A stretch of DNA of 64,000 bases from Rhynchopus sp. YZ270_cl-10 (taxonomy: Eukaryota): the NCBI GenBank assembly GCA_964035575.1, contig OZ037833.1, positions 2,418,001 through 2,482,000 of the forward strand, in the 5' to 3' direction. This document shows, piece by piece, positions 48,037-59,226 of this stretch; within the stretch, counting starts at the first letter, position 1; each line of letters begins with the position of its first letter. Below the pieces are notes generated by a model. It saw only the letters and a list, made by a program, of their open reading frames with translations, searched no databases and had not been told where the DNA came from. Both the position numbers and the translations under genes were made by a program.

Positions 48037-48723
48037 CATACTTGGACCGCCCGAAATATATTTCGGGCATTTCGGGCGGATTAGGGGCGGATTTCGGGCG
48101 ATTTTGTGCGCCCGAATTTGCCCGAAAACGCCCGAAATGCAGATTTCGGGCGGATTCGGGCGCTTTTTCCTTAGTGAAAACCGACTAGGTAGGTTTCTAT
48201 TCATTTTTGCAAAAAACTTTTTATATTTGGAAATATTTGATGTCAAATCTGTCAAAATAAGCAAGAATCGAAAACTTTTGTACACCTGAGTGCACTTTGG
48301 GAATCACCACCAAACACGGGTTTTCTGACTATCATGTGCTTATTCCCACCCAAAACACACTATGAACCGGGGTTTCACCATTTTTTCGTATTTCAAGGTG
48401 AATTTTTGTGAATTGTCGGGTCACAGGGTGGTTCTGACCCATTCTCGGGGTGTTTCGGACTTTTTGCTCAATTTTTTTTTCTTTGAACAAATTTTGTGCC
48501 AATCTTTCAAATAAAGCGTAAAATTTTTACACTGGTGGCATGCTTCCCAGCACACATAAGATACTCCAGTGCACCGATTGTGCGCCCGAATTCGCCCGAA
48601 TTACGTATAAATTCCCTTTAAAACGCCCGAAATATATTTCGGGCACATTTCGGGCGCTCGGGACCCGCGCCCGAAAAATCCGCCCGAATTCGCCCGAAAT
48701 TTTTTTCGGGCGGTCCAAGTATG
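48037..48723. mobile_element. Innermost TIR element with CCCGAA/TTCGGG subterminal repeats
   Basis: catacttggaccgcccgaaa / tttcgggcggtccaagtatg flanked by the direct repeat ACCACT. Confidence 0.8.
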
Positions 48724-51700
48724 ACCACTGCACGGGGATCCCAAAAATGCAATCCAAGTCAAAAAGTTGAAAAAAAAACACACCTAAAAACACATGGCCC
48801 AAGAATGGCCCAAAAGGGTCCAAATCGTCCCGTCAGCCGCACCATTTTAGGCACTTTTTGCACATAGAACCTCCTGTGTTGCCAACCAACGTCCTCCAAA
48901 AGGTGTCCTGTACCTACCTGGGTACCTGGGTGCCCAGGCACCACCCAGACTTCGCCAACTTCACAACTCTTCACAACTCTTCACAACTCTTCACAACTCT
49001 TCACAACTCTTCACAACTTTTCACAACTCTTCACAACTCTTCACATACACGTTTTTGTGAAAATTTGTGAAGAGTTGTGAAGAGTTGTGAAGAGTTGTGA
49101 ATTGAAATGAAAATTTGTATTTTTCGATACCCCGGAACACACCATATTTTAATATTTACCTTCGTGTATTATTTACCTTTTTAATGCCAAACATTGTATT
49201 ATTTACCTTTCGTGTATTATTTACCTTTTGAATTGGCATTTAATTAATTAATTTTCCGCCCCGCTTTTTTTGGGTGAAGTTCTGAGGCACTGGACGTGTC
49301 GCTGAAGCTCTCAACGTCCAGGTCCAGGCTCGCCACGCTTGCCTCGTCGAGGCCGACGACCATCTCGCAGCGGCCACGGCGCACCTCATCCCACTGGTGG
49401 TTCAGCTCTGCAAGGGTCGAGGCGTTCAACATGACGGCGAGAGGGGTTCCGGGGAGGGGGAAGGGCGGGGTGTGAAAATGTGTTGTGCAGTGAGTCGGGG
49501 GTCTAGTGGGTGTGCATCGAAAACAGGACCGTTTACCCGCAATAGGTCAAACCGTATATTATTTACCTTTTGAATTAATAAAGTCCAAATATTGTATTAT
49601 TTACCTTCCATGTATTATTTACCTTTCGCGTATTATTTACCTTTCGTGTAATATTTACCTTTTCAAAAGGTAAATAATCGACGGGGCCCCCCTTTAGGCG
49701 GTCGGCGCGATTGGGGAAAAAGCGAATCTGCTTTTTATTGTTTAGTAAGTGTTGAAACCGTGTCATGAATCTGATCTAGGGTTTTTGCCTGCGGCTTTGC
49801 GCACAAAACAAACGGTGTGTCCTATTTTTTATTGTCTTTCAGAAGGTGACTAAGCACAGCTTTTTTAGGATCATCTTGCCAACATTTTCTGTACTTCGTT
49901 GGCGCTCTACCAGGTATTTATTTATTTATTTATTTTTTAAAACTGAGGAGTGCTGTCGCAGCTCCACAAAGGAAAGCAGATATTTGAACGCAACCAAACG
50001 TGAGCCCTTCTGCATTCAGAAGCGCGTCCAATCGGTCGCAATATTTGCAAAAATTTTCCAATATATTTGATGCGGTTTCTCTCCGAAGACCTGGGTGATA
50101 TGAGAGTAGAGAGCCTCTTGGTGGATCGATTGTCCTCCTGGGGGTGCAATATACTTAACCCTTTATTCTCTGAGTGTTCTTTTTCACTTTTACATTGTTT
50201 TTTTGAAACCTTTTACCATTCCCTTTAGGGAACGGAGCATGCACGGTCCTAGAATCTCCACGAAAATGGAGTCGGCGGACTTAAAAGGAAGGTGTCTTCC
50301 TAAACGTGCACATTCATTGTTCAAGATTGTTTTTTCACCTCGTGGTTTAGGTATCAATCACTTTAGTGTTGTCTTTCGACTTCTCTCCAGGTTGCCTAGC
50401 CACAGCGGTGCACTATCAACTTCGCTTTTGTTTGATAGGGTGTCTGTGCCTGTGAGGCTAGCTCTGCATCAAGTTTTCTTTACGTTTAACCTTCGCAGCA
50501 CTCCAGGGGTTCGATGGCACATGGAGCGTCAACGTGCCTGTATCCCAGAGGCGTTTGTACTAGCCACTTCCCTTGTGTTGCTCTGATACGGTCAGCAGGT
50601 CATTGCACTTCCTAAAGGAGTGTTCCCCGTTGATACGTCAGGCCCAGGGGCTTCTTTTTGCATCTGAATTAAAAAAGCTTTAAACGTTTCGATTACGATT
50701 TTTGTTCAAAATGAAACCAGCATTTTATTCAAAACGAACGGTCCAATTCTTCTTTTGGATGTGTCCGTGTACTACCACCTTTGTCCACTACATTGCTGCG
50801 TTTTCCAGCAACCTAACTACAACTTGAACTCAATCATCTCTCCTCGCTCGCTCTCTCTCACTCTCTCTTTCTTTAATCACATCTTCATTGTGGAGACACC
50901 CGAGCATGCATCTCCCGATCTACACTACATTCCCCCCTCTTCACCTTGCGCACTGTGATTAGCAACCAACAAAGCAAGCCAACGTTTGATCTCAGGCAAC
51001 AAGCCTTTCCCCCCCTTTTGAAGCAGAGTTTGACTCCTATTTGGCTGCGTTCAACGAAAAGCACTGTCTTTACAGAGATCAGTTGGAGGTTATTGTTTGG
51101 TTTTATGCGTGCACACAAATGAGGGAGATGCATTTTTGAGTTCTTTTTTTTTTTTTTTTCAGTGGCAGTCAGGGTATAAGCTTGGATTTTGGATTTTTTC
51201 CAGAATTAGGTTTTGAAATTTTTTTTTTGGTGGGGTTATAGCAGGGTATTATATAGCCCCCCTAGCCCCCACCAAAAAGGTGGTTTTGTGTGAGGCAGTC
51301 ATTTTTTTCTGTGGGGGAAACGAAGCGAAAAATTTTCTCGGTATTTTGTGACCACGGCAAACCACCCCAACCCTGCGGAAAAGCCTCCCCTCCTCTGTGC
51401 AACCTTGGTAGCTTTCAGCCACTGGTGATCCGCAATCCGTAGTGGGTGTCAGCCTTATTGTCGGTAACCTCAATACATTTACAAGAAACGGTGGCCATGG
51501 CACCCAAAGGTTCCTGGCGAAGCCACGGTATGCAACATTTCTAAAATCGCGCTTTAAAATTGCACTATTTTACAGGCAAACAATGTCATGGGAAGGGTGT
51601 GAAAGCTTGCGCCGCAGGCGCACGGTACGCTACTTTTATTCTTTTCGCCACATCTTTTTTCTCACTCATAGTTGGGTTTTTCAAGCTCCGTCCGTCAAAT

Positions 51701-52416
51701 GGAGCTCAACGAACCCTTTTTTGCGGAGCAAAAAAGGAAAAATGGCGCCGCAGGCAAAAAAAATTTAAGGTACAGCCTGGATGGTGCGGTCAGCAACCCA
51801 GTTCCCAAGGGTACTGCGTACTCCCGTGGTTCAACCACGGTTCTTTCCCCCATATTTCCCCCCCCCCCCCCCCCCCCGAAATCCAAATCTATATATATTT
51901 TTTTTTTTTTCCCCGAAAAATTTCAGAATTAGGTTTTTGAACCTAATTCTGAGTACCAAGCTTATACCCTGGTGGCAGTGCCTGCGTCCCTGAGGCGTTT
52001 GTACTATCCTATACTATAACTTCACTTATTTCCTTGCCTGTTGATGCACATCTGCACAAGAGGTCTTATCTCCTGGTTTCTAATTTTTTTTTCTCTCGAA
52101 AGATACACCTGCAGATGGGGTATGTCCATCTCTCCAATTTTTCTTTGTTCTTCTTGCTATCTAGAGAGAGTGGTCTATAATCAAACAAAAATTATTTGTT
52201 CTTCTTCGATGGACCCCCAACCGGGTATTTTTCCATTTGTGATTTACGTGGTGTTGCGACATCTTACTTATTTTCTCGTTTTCCCTCAGGATCTGCTTTC
52301 AACGAAACGATCTTCTTTTCTCTTGGTGGCTAAGCATAAGACGCTTAGGATCATCTTACATTTTTTTCTATTTTGTTTTCTTCCCCACCCAAGCCCAAAA
52401 CCCCACTTTTTTTTCC

Positions 52417-52464
52417 AGTACCTGCGTCCGCTGATCAACGGTGAGGCGTTTGCACTTTCAACTT
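52417..52464 (+). repeat. Type copy of hairpin family C (cctgcgtccgctgat(g/c)aacggtgaggcgtttgcactttcaactt)
   Basis: Copies at 17741, 20695, 28321, 33093, 52417; short-loop relatives at about 29841, 50534, 51977. Confidence 0.85.
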
Positions 52465-54293
52465 CTTTTTGTTTTGTCTTTTTGCTTTTAATTGCTTTTT
52501 GTCACAATTCTCTGGTCCCCATTTGGATTTTTTTCCCTTCAAAAAGTGTAGTTATTAAAGAAACCCCTCTTGAAAGCCTGTCTATACCTCTCTCTCTCTT
52601 GGGGGTGAGAGTGTATCGTCTGTTCAGTGTGTATTTACCTCAGCTCATTTGTGTTTGTCCATCTTATTGAAAAGCGTGTTCACCTTCTTCCCTTAGTTGG
52701 TTGTATTGTGAGAATTGCCCATAATACATAATACATAATACACATCACAAAACAGCTGTATTGTGATGTGGGTTATGTATTTATGGGCAATTAACACAAT
52801 GCAGCGAACTACTCTCTCCTCCCCTTCCCCCGTCTGTTTTCGTTGGGTTACCAACGATTTCTAGTTATGTACTCTTCGTTCTAGTTATAGTTCTGGACTT
52901 CTCGTGATTTGTTTTATTCTATTTTTGAAAACCCCACCCCATCTGTTGCTCTTCACAATTAAAATACTCGGACTGTGGACGAACCCGGTTCTCCTTGTCT
53001 TTACCTGCCAAATGAATTCGTTCTTTTTTTTCTTCAAGGTGACTAGGCAAAAAGCTTAGGTTCATCTTATAAATTGTTCTTCTCGACTCCTGTTCTTCTT
53101 GTAACCGCGGGCCACCTTTTGGCCCCATTTCACAAAAAAAAATGGGAAAGTGACGCAGAATAATTCTAATAAATAACGCAGAAAAAAATATATTCATACA
53201 ACAAAAACCATAGATAGAGACGCATCAGGCTCAATTGTGTGTTTTTTTAATTAGAAAAATCACAAATTGTCATGCGCATTCTCTAGCTATGAAAAAGGTA
53301 CAAAAAATGTGGTTCTGTTCTTATCCCCGTTTTTTCGTTTTGTCATAATGATTAACGGGGGAAAAGAGCGTTTCAATGCAAAAATCGCAAAACGTAAAAA
53401 AGAAAACAAAGGGAGCACGCTGGAGGTACTGCTATATGGAGTTGCCACGTGGTATGACTTCTAAAGCACGCTGGTAATAGCATTTCCCCCCGGTAGATTC
53501 CAGTGAAACCAAATTGAAAAGAGAGCACTCATCTAATTCGGATGAGTTTTTTCAGTAGACACATATCAGATGGAACACGTGTTGCCAATCTGACTTCAGT
53601 TCGTACATACACAGAAAAGTAAGGATTCTTGCCAGCGGCTTTGCAAACTGAAACGCCCGATCTTTTTTCTTTGTTTTGTCTAAATACCACAGCTCTCTCC
53701 CCACAAAAGGGGCTTTTTGTCCTAACGAATGTCTATCCACACGCCAGTTTATGGCCCTCTTCTCCCTCTCTTCATTTTAAAAAAACACTTCGAATTTTTG
53801 TCCGAAAAATCTTTCGTAATGTCATGTGCATCTGTTCGATGTGCCCGCACGAGAGGCACATTTGATTCAGGTACAGTTTTCTTCAAATGACAAACTACGA
53901 GAGACTTTCGGTTTTATCGCACAAAACTTTCCTCTTTTTTATGGTGTTACATTACTCGTATATTTTGTTTTCTTCTATTTCTTGCATTTTCCTCCATCCT
54001 GAATGGGTTTGGGAGAAATGCTTCCAAGTGTGCCAGTGGACTTTTTAAAAAAAAGTTGGGGGTATTTTTTTGATTCCTTTTTACACGCCTGCATCACCTC
54101 TCTCTCTCTCTCCCCGCACATTAACAACTTCACTTTTGTAACCAGCCTTCTCCTTCCTCTTTCCCTTAGGCAACTTAATCACAGAGGCTTAGGTAGGGAC
54201 CATCCACACTGCCTTCTCTTTTCCCCTTCTTCCACACTGTCATCAACACCAACACCAACACCTGACAGAGCCACCACAACACTACCTACAACA

Positions 54294-54572
54294 ATGTGCA
54301 CCACCTACCAGGAGTTCTCTGACAAGCTTGACCGTCTCGATGCTGAGTTCGGCAAGAAGATGGAGGAGCAGAACAAGAAGTTCTTCGCGGACAAGCCCGA
54401 CGAGAGCACGCTCTCCCCCGAGATGAAGGAGCACTACGACAAGTTCGAGAAGATGATCAAGGAGCACACCGACAAGTTCAACAAGAAGATGCGTGACCAC
54501 TCTGCGCACTTCAAGCAGAAGTTCCAGGAGCTTCTCGAGCAGCAGAAGAACGCACAGTTCCCTGGAAAGTAA
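54294..54572 (+). CDS. KMP-11: Kinetoplastid membrane protein 11
   Basis: 92 aa MCTTYQEFSDKLDRLDAEFGKKMEEQNKKFFADKPDESTLSPEMKEHY...AQFPGK, near-identical to trypanosomatid KMP-11 as I recall it. Confidence 0.97.
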   Translation: MCTTYQEFSDKLDRLDAEFGKKMEEQNKKFFADKPDESTLSPEMKEHYDKFEKMIKEHTDKFNKKMRDHSAHFKQKFQELLEQQKNAQFPGK

Positions 54573-55511
54573 GACTACCCTCCAAGGTGAGCTGAAGCAC
54601 AGACGAGATTACCCACACACTTTTTATTAGGTGAGCCTGAGACTCTCCAATTTAACTCTTTTTTTTGATGAATCAATGCAAGAAAACAATGAGAAGAGAT
54701 CATAACCGTCACGTTGGATCAAAGATGTGGTGTGGGGGAGGATCTATTAATAAATTCCTCCTTTTCACATCATGTCAGCCGCGTGATTGTTATGGTATTT
54801 TCTCCATTTTACCACTTTGAAGACGTTCATAGTTTCAATTTTTCAAAAGAAAATGTGGATTTTTTTTGGGCTTTTATTTTGTGTTTTTTGAAGAAAAGGA
54901 CGCAAGGTTAAAAAGACCGTTTAAAAAAAATAGACACAGAGAAAAAAAAAAAATACAATTTGTTTTAGAAATGGCCCCGACTGGAGCCAATAGTTCTCTC
55001 TTGCCGGTCTTTCTTTCTATGTAACATACCGCAACACTGAGACTGGACAATTCACCACTTCAGGAGAAAACAGAGCATAAACATACTGTGGGTGTTCTAA
55101 CGTTATCGATAACGGTATAACACCCACAGTATGCATAAAGAGAAAAAAAGCTCCGTACTTTAATGTACTCAAAGGGAAACCCTTCCCTTCCCTTCCCTAC
55201 GCAACTATACACAATTAGTAAAAAAAAAAAACGGCGTTTTCTTCCAATATTTTGCCACCCTCCCCATTTTTTTGAGGTACATAGTACTCTGTCACGAGAG
55301 GGATTTGTGTTTCTAGGATGTGTGTTTGCAATGATCCTTTCATATGACTGAGTGGAAGCGGGAGTAGCGCATATCAGATGCAAACAACGAACTGGATGGA
55401 CTGCATGGTTGGGGTGTCCCCCCGGTACATCGGGCTTTTGTATTTCAAGCCAACTTTTTTCTTGTCACGCCTACCATACACCTCAGACACGAATACGACA
55501 ACAAACTCACT

Positions 55512-56819
55512 ATGGGAGAATGCAACAGCAAGCCCGCGGATGGCAAGACAAACAAGCCCTCCACCAAGCCGGCACACCACACGAACGAGCCTATTGAATC
55601 CAAGGTGCCCGCTAAGATGCAGGCACTCAAACTCACCAGTCACGTTCCCAAATGCAGGGATTCGAGTAAGGCTGTGAGGGACGAACCCGAACTGCCTTTG
55701 GTGACAACAATTGAGGCGTTCCAGGCACTGCTGAAGTCATGGTACGACACGGACTACCACGGCTTCAAGACGAAGTTCACTGCCGCAATGGCAGCTGTCA
55801 CCACCCCACCGTTCCCCGCAGGGACCGACCCAAACAACACCGAGAACTGGAAGAACTCCGACTTCGCGCACCTCCAGGACTTCTTCAATCGGTGGTACGC
55901 CTTCTACCCTTCCTACTCTAAAGGGAACGGCTTGGAGTTCATCCAAAAATTCTCCTGGATCTATGTCAACAGCCCTGTTGGACTCAACTTTGTCACGACC
56001 TACCCAGGAACGGAGATGTGCAGACAATTTGTTTTCCTGAACGGCGCGAAGATGGATGACCCTGCAAGCGTCAAGATCGTCGAGCAATGGGAGTCTGAGA
56101 TTGGCGAGGAGGAGATGAGCAACTACATCATTCCCCCAGGTGGCTACGCCAACTTCAATGAGTTCTTCCGTCGTGAGCTGAAGCCTGGCAGGCGCCCTAC
56201 TGCGAACCCTATTGGGAACGACAAGCAGGAGTGGTTGGTCTCGCCTGCCGACGCCGTCCTCAACATGATTGACGACTCCCTCACCCTCAACGACAAAAAC
56301 ATTCTCGTCAAGACCCAGCAGATGAGCGTCAACCAGCTTCTCAACGGATCCAAATACGCGCCAGGCTTCGTCGGAGGCACAGCCCTCTCCTGCGTCCTGA
56401 TGCCCGACGTCTACCATAGGTACCACTCCCCCGCAAACGGGACCGTGGTGGAATCGGACCAGGACGTCATGGAGAACTACTTCGGCATCCCCGACTTCCC
56501 TGCCTTCCTGAACGAAGGGAACGTCGGGTACGGCGAGACGTACTCGATGTTTGAGAACTTCCGTCGTGGCTACCTTATCATCAAAACGGAGAAGTTTGGC
56601 AACATCGCAATGATTCCTGTCGGGCTGAACACAATCTCTTCAGTTATCTTCGGTGAAAAATTCAAAAAGGTCACCAGCGACAAACCCGTCGAAATCACAA
56701 AAGGAGAAGAAGTCGGCTACTTCCAATACGGCGGCAGTCTGTGCATTCTCCTCTTCGAAAAAAACAGATTCCCTGCGATTCGGGTGCTCCAAGGTGAGAC
56801 TATTGGGTACTCCAGCTAA
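55512..56819 (+). CDS. Phosphatidylserine decarboxylase family proenzyme, paralog 2, predicted N-acylated
   Basis: FNEFFRRE, SPAD, YHRYHSP, GYFQYGGS; collinear with 41812-43098; N-terminus MGECNSK fits myristoylation/palmitoylation. Confidence 0.9.
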   Translation: MGECNSKPADGKTNKPSTKPAHHTNEPIESKVPAKMQALKLTSHVPKCRDSSKAVRDEPELPLVTTIEAFQALLKSWYDTDYHGFKTKFTAAMAAVTTPPFPAGTDPNNTENWKNSDFAHLQDFFNRWYAFYPSYSKGNGLEFIQKFSWIYVNSPVGLNFVTTYPGTEMCRQFVFLNGAKMDDPASVKIVEQWESEIGEEEMSNYIIPPGGYANFNEFFRRELKPGRRPTANPIGNDKQEWLVSPADAVLNMIDDSLTLNDKNILVKTQQMSVNQLLNGSKYAPGFVGGTALSCVLMPDVYHRYHSPANGTVVESDQDVMENYFGIPDFPAFLNEGNVGYGETYSMFENFRRGYLIIKTEKFGNIAMIPVGLNTISSVIFGEKFKKVTSDKPVEITKGEEVGYFQYGGSLCILLFEKNRFPAIRVLQGETIGYSS

Positions 56820-59226
56820 AAAAGAGAGAAACTAAAGATTTTTTTTTTTTTGCTTTTTTTAAAAACGTGAAGGGGTTCGATGATTGTAATCGCTGAGAAA
56901 GATTGGGAGGGGTCATTAAAAAGGCTCTCTCGCGCAATTATTAACTGAATGAAAATGCGAAAGGTTTTCTTTCATTCTTTGATCAATTTATTGATTGCAT
57001 ATGATGAAAATATTCTTTGAGCCAAGAGAGAGGCCCGAAAACGGCAATGTCCGCATTCACCATGGGGTAGAGGAACCCTTTTTGACTGAGCCTCACCCCT
57101 TCCTACTCAGATGCCCTATTTTTTAATTTCAATTTTTTTTTTTTGTATATTTTCTACGCTTCCTTGTTTTGCATACCCAAAAAGGGTATCGCAATGCAGT
57201 ACAAAAAAAGAGGGGAAAAGTGTACTTGAGATGGTGCCAACCACACTATTCATGCCCTTCCCCCCTAAAAAAAGCATAGCATTTTGTTTTGCCCGAGTTT
57301 TGTGTATTTTGTGAGTTTCTTGTATTTTTTTTTTGCGCTTTTTTTTTGTTTGAGGAGTTAAAAACATAAAGCTAAAACCACCAAAAAGAAAGGGTGCATG
57401 TGTTGACCCTCTCACATACTTTCAATTCTGTGAATTGAAAGTATATGAATCTAATTTGTTTGGTAGTGATGGCGAATCCAACAGAGGCTCGGTAGTTTCA
57501 TATTCACCATTTGTTATAAGGTGACTAAGCACGAGAGGCTTAGGATCATCTTATAAACTTTTCTTTTTTTTAGTGTTGAAAATTCGATTCAATACTGGTG
57601 AATATACTTTAGTTTTTTTTTTTGTTCCACACAGTTTTCCCCCTCCATCAAGTACATTGTTAATAAAATTCAATCTCCTTGGGGGGCTTTTTTGATACCT
57701 TACAACCCCATGGTTTCGGAGTGCTCCGCAAACGTGTGTCTTTTACATCCCTTCATTTTTTTTTTTTTGTCGTTACCACCGTATGTTACCTCCACAGGCT
57801 ATACATGCACACTCGAAAACGTTGCCCCCAAAGAAAAAAGGCTTTGCTCTGGGATTGCGGTTTTGTTGTTAATCGTCCCTTCCCCCCCTTCTTCTGCTCG
57901 CCATTCAACGGAGGAGGGGCCGTCTAGGGTTATAAACTCTAGGTAATAGTGGTGTGGCTGGAAACAGTCTGTGCCAAAAACAGTACTAAAGTTACACTTT
58001 GGCCCAGCCACATCAAAAAAGAGATTTTTTTTTGGGGTATTTTTGTGTCTGGACAAAAGCCTATTTTTGATGCAGCTCTGCTGCTTTTTAAAAGCACAGA
58101 GCGGTTCGTCGTGGTGACATACATTTTTTTTTTCTCTTTCCCTTTCCCATCCACGCTTTTTTGTTTTTTGTTTTTGTTTTTGTTTTTTGGATATGACTCA
58201 AATAACCCCGTCCACACCCCAGCTGCTGAGTACATATTTGCAGAGTTTGGTTCCAGACTCTCCCAATCAACGCACTTCAATTTCTTTATATCGCCAGTTT
58301 CTATCTCTTTGCATTGCTGTTTATTCCTACCCCCATATTGTCTCCTTGTTGTATTCCTTCAGCACTCAATGGTCGTGCAGTGTATTTTGCCACTAGAATA
58401 CATCAGCATATATTTTGAGGAAGAGGGTAGGAGCTGGGGAAGGGGGTAAAAGTGTGTGCCAACGTTTTACAGATCCCCTTCTTTTTTGATTTTTTTACTC
58501 TTCATCGTTCACCCCTTTCCCCTCGATGCAAAAAAAAGTTTGTAAGTCACCAAACCCTTTAGGGATATTTGAGAACCCAATTCTTGGGTGATTGGCAATA
58601 CAAATAACAACAAAAAAATAATCGATGTCTAAGTGACTCACCAAGGTACTTAGGCGATTGGAAAAGAAGAAAAAATCGTGCGGACGTAACAATCTGCAAT
58701 AAAGGGCTTTATCCTACATAGCCACGACCCCCCCACAACCAACGACCTTTTCAAGGTGTGACTCAGCACCGGAGAGACTTAGATCCATTCTTACTCACAC
58801 CCCCTCCCCCTCCCTCTACCTTTTTAACTGATCCTTTGCTGTCTTTTTTTTCTGTTTTCTTAATCTCTGAGGATCCATTTTTTCCTTTTTAACAAAACAT
58901 GTAATTACAAAACGCGTTTACCCCACACAAAAAAAGTTCCTCCCTCCCCCAATCAATAGAATTTTCTTCTGCCACCTCATGAAATGGAGATATAAACAAA
59001 GCATTTTGAACACACCTTTGCGGTTCTAGGGACGAACCGCACTGCAGAGCCACCCCCTCACCAAACAGGTTGAGGTGTTGTGCGTTTCACCACAACCTGT
59101 CTCCCATGGGTTTTATCGTGTGATGAGTGTTACGTGCATGAGTTTCTATTTTCCCCTCCCAAAAAAAACCCCCCCTTCTACCAGGTGATTGTATACAAAC
59201 CACAAGAAAGGACAGAAACAGCATTA

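Larger units (their letters stand above)
46270..49144. mobile_element. Nested TIR element (TG...CA, 5-bp TSD TATTT) with TTCACAACTC subterminal repeats
   Basis: tggtgtgttccggggtatcggaaaatacaaattttca / tgaaaatttgtatttttcgataccccggaacacacca; TSD at 46265-69 and 49145-49. Confidence 0.82.
46240..49693. mobile_element. Outer TIR element of a nested transposon cluster
   Basis: TIR aggggggacccgtcgattatttacct / aggtaaataatcgacggggcccccct; internal tattatttacctt repeats. Confidence 0.75.

Noticed and set aside
46899..48289. Long ORFs of VLYCT/VYCVLCT/STQYTVH repeats
   Set aside because: Translations of the stop-free satellite in several frames, not genes.
54003..54293. N-terminal extensions in the ORF track (also 15439, 18562, 25934, 35081, 59080, 61686)
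   Set aside because: They start at TTG/GTG or upstream ATGs and run through pyrimidine tracts; homology and Kozak-like context begin at the downstream ATG.
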